A DNA stretch of 64,000 nt from Malacoraja senta (Eukaryota): the NCBI GenBank assembly GCA_038087875.1, contig CM075989.1, positions 8,496,001 through 8,560,000 on the forward strand, read 5' to 3'. Positions 52,552 through 64,000 of the stretch are shown in pieces (position 1 is the stretch's first letter; the number at the start of each line of letters is the position of its first letter). Position numbers and translations under genes: made by a program. The notes below the pieces were generated by a model. It was not told the DNA's origin, searched no databases, and saw nothing but the letters and a program-made list of their open reading frames with translations.

Positions 52552-52884
52552 CAGCACAGTGGTGCAGCTGGTAGAGCTGCTGCCTCACAGAGCTACTGTG
52601 ATTGTGTGTTTTACCATGTACGATCCTGAAATCGGGTGCTGTCTGTGTGGAGTCTGCATGTTCTCCTTGTGACCACGTGGGTTTCCTCTGGGTGCTCCGG
52701 TTTCCTCCCACATCCCAAAGACGTGCGGGTCTCTATGTTAATTTGGCCTCTGTAAAATAGCCGCTAGTGTGTAAGGAGTGGATGAGAAAATGGGATAAGG
52801 TAGAACTAGTGTGAATGGGTGATTGGTTGTCAGCGTGGACTGTGGATCGAAGGGCACGTTTCCATACTGGAGCTCTAAACTAAA
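52552..52884 (+). mobile_element. HE1-like V-SINE (subtype shared with 1321-1624)
   Basis: Shares the agaactagtgtgaatgggtga body with the 1321 copy. Confidence 0.78.
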
Positions 52885-54310
52885 GTAGGCTATTCAGACA
52901 CTTGAATAGCCATCATTTTCCCTGCTATCCAAAAATCTACTGACCTCTGTCTTGAATAAATTCTGCAACTGATGTCCCACAAACTTCTTACATGGAGACT
53001 ATCAAAAATTCATTGTCCTCTGGCTGAAGAAATCTCTTCTTATCTCAATTTGGAAAAACTGAGCTCTTAATCTGAGATTGTGGTTTAGTTGGAAGAGCAG
53101 ACCAGCACACAATATTCCAGGGATGGTCTCACTAGCACTCTATATAACTGCAATAACTCAACCGCACTAATCCTGCACAGGCCAAGCTTCCAATCTATGC
53201 ATTTTCTTGTGTTTGCTCTTGGGTGATAGATACTGTATCCATTTAGTTGTTGTGATTGGGGGTCGGCACCAAATAGCCACATTCCTGCCTTCCACCATCT
53301 AGCAATCCACATGATGTCCTTTCACTTTATAATGTTCAGAGAAAGAAGCTTGGATAAACCTTGGACACCATTCCAGGCTATCTTGGTGATCTGGCCAACA
53401 TTTATCCCTCAGCCACAAAACACTATCCAATCATCAACACAATACTGTTTTACTGTTCACAATTAGCTGCTCGTTCACCTATATTACGCCGTGCCTTCAG
53501 CTCAAAAGCCTTTCATTGATACAACGTGCGTTGGGATATCTTGCAAGGGACGGCAGGCACCCAAGGCTGGTTTTGTCTGCCACCATGTGGACAACTTCAG
53601 CATGTCAGGTTCAGAATAGGTTGGCACATAACTAACGTTAGCAGAACTAATGGGGAGGAAATTACATTAAAATACAAGTGAGGAAAGAATGGCACTTAAA
53701 ATGAAGACATGAAAGCAGTTCCTCCTGGCAATGTACAGCTGGAGATAAAGTTGCTCTACTGCAGAACTAAAGAACATGGCAGGAAAACTTCTAAGTTCTT
53801 TGATGAACAACTGCTTCAGGCATTTCTGGGCTCTTGGTTAATTCATTATTTTTGTTTTTGTACTATTTGAAAACAGTAAAAAAAATAAAGACATGAAAGT
53901 GTGTTGGTGTGGGTCTCACTCTGACCGTTAACATATCCTCATCTTGCAAATATTAATATGGACTGACATATATATTTCCAGAATTTTCTGCCAGTTCAGA
54001 AGTCTGTGATTGATTTTCTCTTTTCATTTTAAGATACTTAAAAAAAAAGATCTGCAGTGACCTTGAGTTTAACAATATGCTCAGCCAGCAAAGGTGAAGC
54101 AGCCGGGATTTTTGCATTCCAATCTCTGGAGTGGGATTTGAGCCCACGAACCTCCTGACTCAGAATTACTAATTAATAAGTAAACCTGCAGTCAGCTGAA
54201 AAGCCTAGAAAACATTAGTTGCAGAAATAATACCAACAGAGTCTGGTATTTACCCACAGCTGCCAACAACTGTGGTACAAAAGGCTTTGTATTCAAGTTC
54301 CACCTCAGAG

Positions 54311-55056
54311 CACAACACCAGCAAAACCAAGGAACTGATTGTGGACTTTGGAAGGAGTAGGATGGGGACCCACAGTCCCGTTTATATCAACGGGTCGATG
54401 GTTGAAAGGGTCAAGAGCTTCAAATTCCTGGGCGTGCACATCTCTGAAGATCTTTCCTGGTCCGAGAACACTGATGCCATTATTAAGAAAGCACATCAGC
54501 GCCTCTACTTCCTGAGAAGATTACGGAGAGTCAGTTTGTCAAGGAGGACTCTCTCTAACTTCTACAGGTGCACAGTAGAGAGCATGCTGACCGGTTGCAT
54601 AGTGGCTTGGTTCGGCAACTTGAGCGCCCTGGAGAGGAAAAGACTACAAAAAGTAGTAAACACTGCCCAGTCCATCATCGGCTCTGACCTCCCTTCCATC
54701 GAGGGGATCTATCACCGTCGCTGCCTCAAAAAGGCTGGCAGTATCATCAAGGACCCACACACTCATTTCCCTACTACCTTTAGGTAGAAGGTACAGGAGC
54801 CTGAAAACTGCAACGACCAGGTTCAGGAATAGCTACTTCCCCACAGCCATCAGGCTATTAAACCTGGCTCGGACAAAACACTGAACTTTATTAGCCAATT
54901 AACTGTTATTTGCACTTTATCAATGTATTGATTCATGTGTGTATATATTTATAGAATGCCTTGTAGTCAATGCCTACTATGATCTGTTGTGCTGAAGCAA
55001 AGCAAGAATATCATTGTCCTATCAGGGACACATGACAATAAACTCATTTGACTTGA
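54311..55056 (+). mobile_element. Rex1/Babar-type LINE 3' fragment
   Basis: Translates KTKELIVDF..VKSFKFLGVHISEDLSW..KKAHQRLYFLRRL..FYRCTVES. Tail atgacaataaa followed by ttgac repeats. Confidence 0.85.
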
Positions 55057-55489
55057 TTTGTGGCTGGTGCTCCAGCACTGCAGTGAGGGATTTGTTGCAC
55101 TGCTCGAGTGCTTTCTTTTGAATAAGATTTTTAATTGACTAGCATGCAAAAATTAAAACACATGTGATTGAATGTAATGTACTGACATTGACACAGACCC
55201 AGTGGGCAGATAGGAAACAAGGAGCCAAAAAACAAAAGATAGACATGAAAAGCTGGAGTAACTCAGCGGGACAGGCGACATCTCTGGAGAGAAGGAATGG
55301 GTGGCGTTTTGGGTCGAGACCCTTCTTCAAACAACAGCCAAATAGCGGGAAGAAGATGTGCCAACCAGAAAGACTGAACTGCCCACTCCCCTATTTTCAA
55401 TGTTTCTCTGTTTCCTCAATGGCAAAAAGCTCAGAGTCTGGTGTTGATAACAGCAGAGAACATCTATTGCTCGTCACATTTTGGGCTGA

Positions 55490-55650
55490 TGCCCCTGTAC
55501 TGAGGGAATGCTGCACATGGGAGTGCTCTCTCAGGAGGATATAAAAGATCTCATGGCATTATTAAAGAAGCTATGCTAGTTGGCCTGGTCAATCATGACA
55601 ATGAAACCAGATCTTATGGATATTTGTGGGATCTTGCTGTCCACAGATTG
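55490..55650 (+). mobile_element. Highly decayed Deu-SINE-like remnant (similar pieces near 19255-19400 -, 21295-21440 +, 34165-34260 +, 54085-54165 -)
   Basis: gtactgagggaatgctgcac..ataaaagatctcatggcattatt..tttgtgggatcttgctgt resembles the Deu domain as I recall it. Confidence 0.5.
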
Positions 55651-55993
55651 GTTGATTATTATTTGAATCTGTTTTTGAATATATTAGAAACTTGAATAGT
55701 CCTACAAAGGCATCGCTTTTTTCTATATTTTGTTAAGTTTTAAATGGATTACTTATAGATGATTGTAGTGCTTCACAATAGCAGCAGAATCAACATTACA
55801 CATAGCAAATGCTCTCCCTGAGATATTAGATACACCCAGGGTGCTAAACAAGTGTTCAAGCCTCCATAGAGTTGAACTTATTGGGGCCTTTTACTTTTAT
55901 ATTGATTATTCACCTACAGGGATACAGTAACGTAATGTTTAGTTATGGAAAAAGGATGAATGATTCTATGTCTTGCTAATAACTTGGTGTTTG

Positions 55994-56303
55994 CGGCACG
56001 GTGGCGCAGCGATAGTTGCTGCCTTACAGCGCTTGCAGCACCGGAGACCCGGGTTCGATCCCGACCACGGGTGCTGTATGTACGGAGTTTGTACGTTCTC
56101 CCCGTGACTGCGTGGGTTTTCTCCGAGATCTTCAGTTTCCTCCCACACTCCAAAGACGTACAGGTATGTCGATTAATTGGCTTGCTGTATGCGTAAATTG
56201 TCCCCAGTGTGTGTAGGATAGTGGTAATGTGCGGGGATCGCTGGTAGGCACGGACTCGGTGGGCCGAAGGGCCTGTTCCCGCGCTGTATCTCTAAACTAA
56301 ACT
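55994..56303 (+). mobile_element. tRNA-derived V-SINE (HE1-like), full length
   Basis: A-box tggcgcagcga, B-box ggttcgatccc, V-domain ggagtttgtacgttctccccgtg..tttcctcccacactccaaagac, CR1-like tail gggccgaagggcctg..(ctaaa)n. Confidence 0.88.
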
Positions 56304-56384
56304 AGACTCATCCCAAAAGCTGCATAGTGTCTTTGCAACTACTCTTCCCATCCCATCAACACATTCTCCTCATCTGCTTCATAC

Positions 56385-56543
56385 CTCCCTGGGCTGAGGT
56401 CCCTCCGCACCCTCCACCTTGATGGAGATTTCCAAGGGTTCACTATGACATCGCCTGCACTGTTTATAAGACGTCAGCTCCACTTTATCATCCTTGTTGG
56501 TTGCGACTGAATCATGAAAGCCAGCTGAGTTGATCGTGTGTTC
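56385..56543 (-). CDS. NOX5: Probable additional NOX5 exon (53-aa insertion, phase 0-0)
   Basis: Strong acceptor tttatgttttactgtcttcag and donor GAG|gtatga. 159 nt open: EHTINSAGFHDSVATNKDDKVELTSYKQCRRCHSEPLEISIKVEGAEGPQPRE. In frame with both neighbours; non-repetitive sequence. Confidence 0.75.
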
Positions 56544-57381
56544 CTGAAGACAGTAAAACATAAATGGATCACACCAAATACTGTAGGATGGAGCGAGCAT
56601 TGACTGCAATGATGGCAGCGAACTTAGAGTGGACTAGATACAGGCTAGCATGCTGGTGGAGTAACATATATTGCAGCAGGCACATGCTGAGATGATGCCA
56701 CAAAGTATACTGTAGATAGACTTTGACTCATCACAACAGCCTAAAGTGGGTGTTAGGACTCTCTTGATGTTTATTTCCATTACAATCCATTGACAGCAGA
56801 CAGCTCCCTCACTCCCAGACATTTTATATTATTGCCCATTGTTAAGTCCTATTCCCCAGGTGTTAAGGCTCAAGTAATTTATCAGTGTCATCTGAATTTC
56901 TCAATATGCTGTTGCCTAGGAACACACAGGGAGCAGTAATATGTGCAAACTTAACATCGCTTGACGTTATTTATGGTTCTCCTGGGATATTTCTCAGGCT
57001 CTCCAGATGGTGGACTCCCACAACTGATATGTGAAAGCTGACCAGAAGTATTATAAGCAGAAGATACAAAACATCATGTGATTAAATAATAGTGCTTCAT
57101 CCAAGCTCAATAAGGGTGAATAGCATAGGTGTTGTCATTAATTCTCCATCGAAGTCTGAGATTTTTTCCCCATTTTTTCCAAGAATTGTTCACTTCTGAT
57201 ATCTAGCCTGGATTGAATGGAAGGGATCTTGCAGGAGGCAGAGGAACAGGGAACATACTGATGTTCTAATTAGTTAGTCAATGTCCCCTCTTGTGGGGTA
57301 CAAGGCTATTTCAAACAGGCATAATATGCATTGGAATAGGAACAGCAATGCTGAAAACTGGTAGCTGTGGGTGTGACAGAA

Positions 57382-57849
57382 AGGGCCTGTCCCACTTGGG
57401 TGTCCTAATCCGCGAGTTCTGGCGAGTTTGCCCTCAACTCATACTCGCAGCATGGTCGACACGAGGTCGTAGGAGGTCTTTGTAACTCTCCTTCATGCTC
57501 GAGAGTAGTCCCCATGTACTCGAGGCCTCAGCTAGGTCGCGGCGTATTTTTCAACGTTGAAAAATGCCCGCGAGTAAAAAAAGGTCGCCATGGAAAAAAT
57601 CGATACTTTTTTTACTCGTAGGTTTAGTCGTAGTAGGTCGTAGTAGGTCGGCACGTTAGTCGTAGGTAATCGAGGGTAGTCGAAGGGAGTCAAAGGTAGT
57701 CATAGATAGTCATAGATAGTCTTCATCATAGTCGAAAGGAGGTCGAAGGGAGGTCAAAGAGAATCGAAGGAGGTCGTCTTCACTCTCCACTATTTTCCCG
57801 AAGTTAGTTAGTCCAATTTTCCCGAAATTAGTCATAGCTAGTCTTCAAC
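57382..57849 (+). mobile_element. Harbinger-type MITE, left part only, with internal gtcgtag/gtcgaag tandem repeats
   Basis: Begins AGGGCCTGTCCCAC. Internal palindrome ttttcaacgttgaaaa. No right TIR found. Confidence 0.65.
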
Positions 57850-58045
57850 GGGTCAGGCAGCATCTCTGGAGAAAAAGGATGGGTGACGTTTCAGGTCGGG
57901 ACCCTTCTTCAGTCTCCTGGTTGGGTCCCGACCCGAAGCGTCACCCATCCGTTCTCTCCAGAGATAATGTCTGACCCGCTGAGCTACTCCAGCACTTTGT
58001 GTCTATCTTCGGTATATACCAGCATCTGCAGTTCCCTTCTACACG
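57850..58045. repeat. Fold-back Penelope-tail element just upstream of the L1
   Basis: Minus-strand tail then plus-strand tail, meeting at the hammerhead stem II region. Confidence 0.75.
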
Positions 58046-58083
58046 AGGAAGAGGACCAACTCATTTGAAAGATGCTGCTGGCC

Positions 58084-61000
58084 TTTTTACTGGTAAAAAT
58101 GCATGACGACAATCAAAAGAAAATAGGAGGAATCACATTATGTAGTTGGAATATAAGGGGGATTAATGAACCTATTAAAAGGGGCAAGATACTAGCTCAG
58201 TTGAAATCATACAACACGGACATTGCGTTTCTACAGGAAACACATCTTAAACAGCAAGATCAGACAAGACTGAGGGCGAACTGGATAGGCCAAACATTTC
58301 ACTCTTCATTTACCTCCAAATCTAGAGGTACTGCAATTATTATTCGTAAAGGAATTCCATTTAAATCAAAGAACACTATTTTAGATAAGGAAGGGAGATA
58401 TCTTATAGTAGCAGGGGAGATCAATAATATGCCAATCACGCTGGTAAACATATATGCGCCCAACTTTGATAACCCTCAATTTTTTAATAAAATTCTGAAT
58501 ATAATTGCAGAATCTAATTATCAAAATGTTATAATCGGAGGAGATTTTAATTGTGTTTTAGATCCTTATTTAGATAAATCGATGCAAAAACAAAAAGGTC
58601 AGACGAAATCTAAAACCAGTGAACTCTTACACACATATATGGAAAACACAAATATAACAGATGTATGGAGGATTGCAAACCCGACGGGAAGGGATTACTC
58701 GTTTTATTCAATGGTGCATAAAACATATTCACGGATAGACTATTTTCTTGTGGATACAAAATTAATTTCGCAATCTCTGAATCCTAAATATCATATTAAT
58801 GCGATCTCAGATCATTCTCCGTTAACTTTTGTTCTAAAACTAGAAGGAATGTCTATGAATAAACCGTTCTGGAGGTTTAACTCACAAATTTTAAAAGACC
58901 CTCAAGGGAGTATCTATCTAAAAAAACAGATGGATCTATTTTTTGAGTTAAATGATACACCAGAGATATCCCCCACGTTATTATGGGAATCCTTCAAAGC
59001 ATTTATAAGAGGAGTCATTATTTCATTTCAAGCTTATCAAAATAAAAAGAATAAGAATGAACAAAGACACTTAGAAGATCAAATAAAACAGTTAGATATA
59101 GATAATGCTAAAGACCCAACTATGGATAAACATAATAAAATACTACTACTGAAATTTCAGTTAAATAAATTACTGTCAGAGAAAGTTATAACATTATTTC
59201 AAATCACAAAACAAGAACACTTCGAATTCGGGGACAAACCCCACAAACTTCTAGCACGACAACTTAAAAAACGGGAAAAAGAGAATGCAATATTAAAGAT
59301 TAAATCAGATAGAGGGGAAGTATTAACACTACCCAAGGATATTAATAAAAGATTTGCTCAATTTTACCAGAATCTATACACATCTAAAACGTCAATAGAC
59401 AATAATAAAATCTCAGAATTTTTAGATAATTGTAATCTACCACAATTAGAACGCAGGGAACAAGAGGAACTGGGAGCACAAATTACTTCTAAGGAGATAG
59501 AAGACACAATAAAAACACTAAAAAATGGAAAAACACCAGGACCAGACGGATTCAGTAATGAATTTTATAAATCTTTTTATGATATAGTTACTCCACGATT
59601 ACAAAAAATGTATACATATGCTTATAAAGAGCAAAACCTACCTGAAACACTAGCGGAATCAACGATCATATTAATACTTAAAAAAGATAAAAATATAGAA
59701 GAACCAGGATCATATAGAGCTATTGCTTTGTTAAATACGGATCAGAAAATAATAGCAAAAACATTAGCCAATAGATTAAGCAAGTATGTTAGTAGACTAA
59801 TACATGAGGATCAAACAGGATTTATACCTAAGAGACACTCATTTAATAATTTGAGACGTTTGCTTAACATAATGCATTCACATAAATCTTATGACCAAGA
59901 GTTAGCTATCATCTCACTGGACGCAGAAAAAGCGTTTGATCAAGTAGAATGGGACTATATGATCAAAGTATTGCAAAAATTCCAATTGGGAGAAAACTTT
60001 ATTGCATGGATAAAACTACTATATAACAAACCTACGGCTAGAATACTAACTAATAATATATTATCTTCAAAATTCGAATTATCTAGGGGCAACAGACAAG
60101 GATGTTCACTATCACCGCTGTTATTTGCTTTGGTAATTGAACCCCTTGCTGAAAAAATAAGAACACACTCGAATATTCACGGTTATAACACAAAATATTC
60201 AAACAACAAACTATCCCTATATGCTGATGATGTACTACTGTACATCACAAAACCACAAATTAGTATACCAAATATATTAAACTTAATTGAGGACTTTGGA
60301 TCCTTTTCAGGATATAGAATAAATTGGAACAAAAGTGAAATTATGTCGATTAAACCAAAAGACTCAACACATCTCAGGAAATTCCCTTTTAAAATAGCTA
60401 TGGAAAAATTCAAATATTTAGGAATTGAGATTACTAGAAATTACCATGATATGTTTAAAGCTAATTATAATCCCCTACTTAAGAAATTAAATAATTTGAT
60501 TAAATTTTGGAAAACACTTCCGATGTCCTTAATAGGTAGGATAAATGCTATAAAAATGATTTTCTTACCACAAATCCTTTACCTATTTCAATCAATACCT
60601 ATATATCTCCCAAAAAAGTTTTTCAAAAAACTGGACTCAGACATTACAAATTTTATATGGGATTACAAATCCCACAGAATACAAAGAACACACCTTAACA
60701 AACGAAAAGAGTTGGGGGGTCTAGCGCTCCCTAACTTTATGTATTATAACTGGGCAGTAAATATTAAAAATATGATTCACCTGCTGGACAATTCTGCCCA
60801 GCAGGTGGACTGGATTATAATGGAAAAAGGGGATTGCTCCCCGAATAATATAGGAGCGATTATTCTCTCTCCAATAAATTTGAATAATAAAAATTATAAT
60901 AAAAATCCAATTATATATAGCACTATTAGAACATGGAAGCAAATAAAACAGAATCTAAAATTAAGAAACCTATCTCTCTTAATACCAATAGTCAATAACC

Positions 61001-62293
61001 CATCGTTTAAACCTTCAATCATAGATAAATCATTTATACAATGGGAAAGAATGGGAATCAAAACGCTCGAAGATCTGTATGAATTAGAAAAATTACTATC
61101 ATTCCAACAACTACAACTGAAATATAATTTGAAAAATAATCAATATTTTAAATATCTACAAATCTGTGACTATTTGAAAACACACACAAAAGATTATTAT
61201 AATATGCCTTCCGACTTACTAGATGAAGCAATGAAGACAAAGGCGGAATCAGTTAATTTAATATCATACTTATATAATATCATCTTAAATATAGAAATAC
61301 CCACAACAGATGGAATTAGAAGAGATTGGGAACAAGATCTAGGTATAAAAATTTCAAAAGAGAGTTGGGATAATCATTTATTACAGGTGCATAAATGCTC
61401 GATCAACGTACGACATACGCTTATCCAATTTAAAACATTACATAGATTATATTATTCAAAAACCAAACTAAATAAAATCTTTCCTAACGTCTCACCAATC
61501 TGTGATAAATGTATATGTCAAGAAGCTACCATAGCACATTCTTTTGTTTTTTGTACAAAAATCCAAAAATTCTGGTTTGAAATATTTGATATTTTTTCAA
61601 AATTAATCAAAATAAAACTGGTACCAAAACCAGAATGGATTATTTTTGGAATATCGGAAGGTATTCCCGAATTAAACGTGTATCAGAAGAATTTACTCAA
61701 TTATGGGCTAATAATGGGAAAAAAGCTTATACTTAAATTCTGGAAAAATGCGCCCACACCAACAATAAAAATGTGGACATCAAATATGTTGGAAACATTA
61801 CATCTGGAAGAGATGAGATTCCTCCTAGTAGGCAAAGTAGACCAATTTCAAAAGACGTGGTCTACGTTTTTGGACCTATTACAAGCATGAGGTGCAATAG
61901 TAATTTAGAAAAACAAATAAATAAATAAAAGGTATCTGGACCTGGTAATGGGAGGTAAAATAAAAACAGACTTGGTTGGTAGTTCCTTCTCTATGAAGTA
62001 TGTTATAAGAGTTATAATAGAGCGATTGTTCCTTCTTTCTTTCTCTTTCTTTTCTAGGGTCTATTTTCTAACTTTACTTCCTTCTCTAACTTCTTTTCTA
62101 AGGGGCTTTCTTTTCCCAACACTCTTTTGCACTTCACAACCTTTGCGCACTTTCTTCACTTTTCTTACTTCTTTCTTTTTCTTTCTTAAAGTTTAAAAAA
62201 GTGAAGCGGTACAAAAAATGTATTAATATATACGTGTTGTACATTACTGTAATCTACCGTACTTCTATTAAAAAAATTATTTAAAAAAAAAAA
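58084..62293 (+). mobile_element. L1-clade LINE, 5'-truncated, intronic and antisense to NOX5
   Basis: Perfect 17-bp TSD gaaagatgctgctggcc at 58067-58083 and 62294-62310. A-tail at 62283-62293, T-rich 3' UTR, target ttt/gaaa resembling the L1 endonuclease site. Confidence 0.96.
58099..61890 (+). CDS. L1 ORF2p (APE endonuclease, reverse transcriptase, C-terminal CCHC), uninterrupted
   Basis: Endonuclease motifs SWNIRG, LQETH, GGDFN, YSRIDY, SDH. RT motifs PGPDG, SLDAEKAFD, GNRQGCSLSP, YADD. C-terminal CDKC-x8-H-x4-C. First ATG inside the element is 58099. Confidence 0.96.
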   Translation: MHDDNQKKIGGITLCSWNIRGINEPIKRGKILAQLKSYNTDIAFLQETHLKQQDQTRLRANWIGQTFHSSFTSKSRGTAIIIRKGIPFKSKNTILDKEGRYLIVAGEINNMPITLVNIYAPNFDNPQFFNKILNIIAESNYQNVIIGGDFNCVLDPYLDKSMQKQKGQTKSKTSELLHTYMENTNITDVWRIANPTGRDYSFYSMVHKTYSRIDYFLVDTKLISQSLNPKYHINAISDHSPLTFVLKLEGMSMNKPFWRFNSQILKDPQGSIYLKKQMDLFFELNDTPEISPTLLWESFKAFIRGVIISFQAYQNKKNKNEQRHLEDQIKQLDIDNAKDPTMDKHNKILLLKFQLNKLLSEKVITLFQITKQEHFEFGDKPHKLLARQLKKREKENAILKIKSDRGEVLTLPKDINKRFAQFYQNLYTSKTSIDNNKISEFLDNCNLPQLERREQEELGAQITSKEIEDTIKTLKNGKTPGPDGFSNEFYKSFYDIVTPRLQKMYTYAYKEQNLPETLAESTIILILKKDKNIEEPGSYRAIALLNTDQKIIAKTLANRLSKYVSRLIHEDQTGFIPKRHSFNNLRRLLNIMHSHKSYDQELAIISLDAEKAFDQVEWDYMIKVLQKFQLGENFIAWIKLLYNKPTARILTNNILSSKFELSRGNRQGCSLSPLLFALVIEPLAEKIRTHSNIHGYNTKYSNNKLSLYADDVLLYITKPQISIPNILNLIEDFGSFSGYRINWNKSEIMSIKPKDSTHLRKFPFKIAMEKFKYLGIEITRNYHDMFKANYNPLLKKLNNLIKFWKTLPMSLIGRINAIKMIFLPQILYLFQSIPIYLPKKFFKKLDSDITNFIWDYKSHRIQRTHLNKRKELGGLALPNFMYYNWAVNIKNMIHLLDNSAQQVDWIIMEKGDCSPNNIGAIILSPINLNNKNYNKNPIIYSTIRTWKQIKQNLKLRNLSLLIPIVNNPSFKPSIIDKSFIQWERMGIKTLEDLYELEKLLSFQQLQLKYNLKNNQYFKYLQICDYLKTHTKDYYNMPSDLLDEAMKTKAESVNLISYLYNIILNIEIPTTDGIRRDWEQDLGIKISKESWDNHLLQVHKCSINVRHTLIQFKTLHRLYYSKTKLNKIFPNVSPICDKCICQEATIAHSFVFCTKIQKFWFEIFDIFSKLIKIKLVPKPEWIIFGISEGIPELNVYQKNLLNYGLIMGKKLILKFWKNAPTPTIKMWTSNMLETLHLEEMRFLLVGKVDQFQKTWSTFLDLLQA

Positions 62294-62699
62294 GAAAGAT
62301 GCTGCTGGCCAATCTCACTCAACATTCATGGACGGAGAAAAAAACCAACAACCTATCAGTTCTGGGCCAAACATCGCCAATGTTTCTTAAAGACCATGAC
62401 CCTCAAACAGAAATGGACATAGTCTGGACATTGTACAGATGGTGGCGAATCTCTGAAATTCTCTACCCAGAGAACTATGGAAGTTAAAGAGGAAGTAACA
62501 AAAAATGTTTGTAAAATCAGTGAATTGAGGGCTATGAAGAACTGGCACAGAAGAGGAGATGAGGTTTGGTGCAGATCAGCCATGATCATGTAGAAAGGTG
62601 CGGCAGGTTTGAGGGACAGAGTAACCGACTCCTATTTTCTTATGTTCTTATGATGCAGGCAAGTTTCTAAGTGTCAATATTGTCAACAATTTGTCCAGG

Positions 62700-63190
62700 T
62701 CCATCCACATTGACCACAAGAAGGTGCTCCAATGCCTCTACTTCCTCAAATTTGGCAAGTATCTAATGACTCTTTCCGATTTCTACAGAAGGATTATAGG
62801 AAGCATCTTATTTAGATGCATCATAGCCTGGTATGGCAACTGTTCTGCCCCAAACTGCAAGAAAATGAGGAGAAATGTGAATGCAGCCCAGTCCACGTAA
62901 AGCTGCCTCTCCATACCACCAGATTAAGAACAATTTCTTCCATGTTGTTATCGGACTCTTGAACGGACCTCTCACATGTTATGGGTGAATTCCTGATCTT
63001 CCAATCTACTTTGTTGCTGCCCTTGCACATTTTACAGCTGCATTTCTCTGTAGCTGTAACACTATATTCTGTACTCTGTTTCTTTTCTCTGCATTACCTT
63101 ATATACATGTGTGTATGATTTGCCCGATAGAATATGAAACAAAGTTTTCCATTTTATCTTGGAACACATGACAATAATAAGAAACCCAAC
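62700..63190 (+). mobile_element. Degenerate Rex1/Babar-type fragment
   Basis: Translates KKVLQCLYFL..FYRRIIGSIL..CIIAWYGN. Tail catgacaataa. Confidence 0.7.
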
Positions 63191-63675
63191 TAAACCATTG
63201 GAATGGGAAATATAGCAGAGCTTAGCAAAGTAAAAGGAAAGAGTAGAAGAAAGTGATTGGGTGCAAGGTAAGGTGGAATGTTAGAATGTAGTTGGCGACA
63301 GGGCATCTTGGAGGGAGTTTTCCCATGGGATAACCAGGAATTGACATTGGTCCAACAGAAAGTTGAGCCAGTGAGTCAGGTGTTGGTCTATTGGATTAGG
63401 TTTGATTACACAAGCACATTTCAGCTGGATCCCCACATTGTTAGCAGTTAATCATGGACTTACTGCTAATAGTGGCATTGTTGCTGGCTGCCATTGTTTG
63501 CAAAGGAAAAGTAACAATATGGTTGTCAGAGATAACTCTTAGTACAACGGCAACCAAGTAGGATTACTTCAATCGTAAAAAAGTTGGAAAATTGGCAACA
63601 GTATAGATCTGCGTGCAAAGGACTCATTTTGCTTTGGCAAGGAACTGGGAAACGGCACGAAGGGGGAGGGCAGAC

Positions 63676-63818
63676 CTGTGCACATTTCTGGTTCTTTTTG
63701 TTCCTCAGGTTTCTCGTCAGCCTCTTTGGCTCGTTGCCCGGTTGTCCCGGTAGACGGAAGTATTCATACAGTTGGTTGGTCCACTGGCCAAGGGACCTGA
63801 TGTGAAGCCAGATAGTGT
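63676..63818 (-). CDS. NOX5: NOX5 internal exon (end of FAD-binding region plus basic segment); gene continues beyond the window
   Basis: Acceptor tttcatccacag, donor CAG|gtctgc (weak). 143 nt, phase 1 to 0. Translates (D)TIWLHIRSLGQWTNQLYEYFRLPGQPGNEPKRLTRNLRNKKNQKCAQ, matching the NOX5 motif DTIWLHIRSxGQWTN. Confidence 0.93.
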
Positions 63819-64000
63819 CTGTGGATGAAAGTAACCGCAAACATCAAAATTACCATCGCTCTTCTTTCCAGCAACAGCTCAGATTCAATGGATAGACACA
63901 ATCCGCCACTAGGTGTTGCTCATTGCGCATGGTTTGAAGCAAGCTTGGCACACCATAACCCACACAACCTTCTATGGATTATCCACGCCTTCCCTCAGAC

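Noticed and set aside
55994..56070. tRNA genes suggested by A and B boxes
   Set aside because: They are SINE heads that run into the V-domain and CR1-like tail. No complete cloverleaf is evident.
57600..57850. CRISPR-like or satellite array
   Set aside because: Short irregular tandem repeats inside a MITE in eukaryotic DNA, with no repeat-spacer structure.
58072..58098. ORF-track start MLLAFLLVK for the 1272-aa ORF
   Set aside because: That ATG lies in the host TSD, outside the element. The native start is probably 58099.

Overview
Repeat-rich vertebrate genomic DNA, very likely from a cartilaginous fish such as a skate or ray (inferred from HE1-type V-SINEs, CR1 tails and abundant Penelope-like elements). 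The only host gene I can support is the 3' half of NOX5 (NADPH oxidase 5) on the minus strand. It has 8 coding exons from 63818 down to the stop at 34727, all joined in frame by GT-AG introns. One of them is a 159-nt exon with no counterpart in human NOX5 as I recall it, and the protein ends KENFQ rather than on the usual terminal Phe. One intron holds a young antisense L1 with a perfect 17-bp TSD and a complete ORF2, truncated 15 nt upstream of its ATG. Positions 1-34 kb appear intergenic and are largely nested mobile DNA: SINEs, CR1, Rex1/Babar, Penelope-like GIY-YIG fragments, hAT elements, PIF/Harbinger-type MITEs and two non-autonomous Helitrons. The most interesting patterns are: (i) ~100-200 bp Penelope-derived units built on a minimal hammerhead-ribozyme core, with their own 12-14 bp flanking direct repeats and fold-back forms; (ii) a Helitron carrying a correctly spaced TATA-Inr-YY1-splice donor cassette; (iii) two different MITEs inserted at the same site of the SINE head. 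Repeat family names and comparisons with human NOX5 are from memory, not database searches. Repeat boundaries are approximate unless a TSD or terminal motif is quoted.
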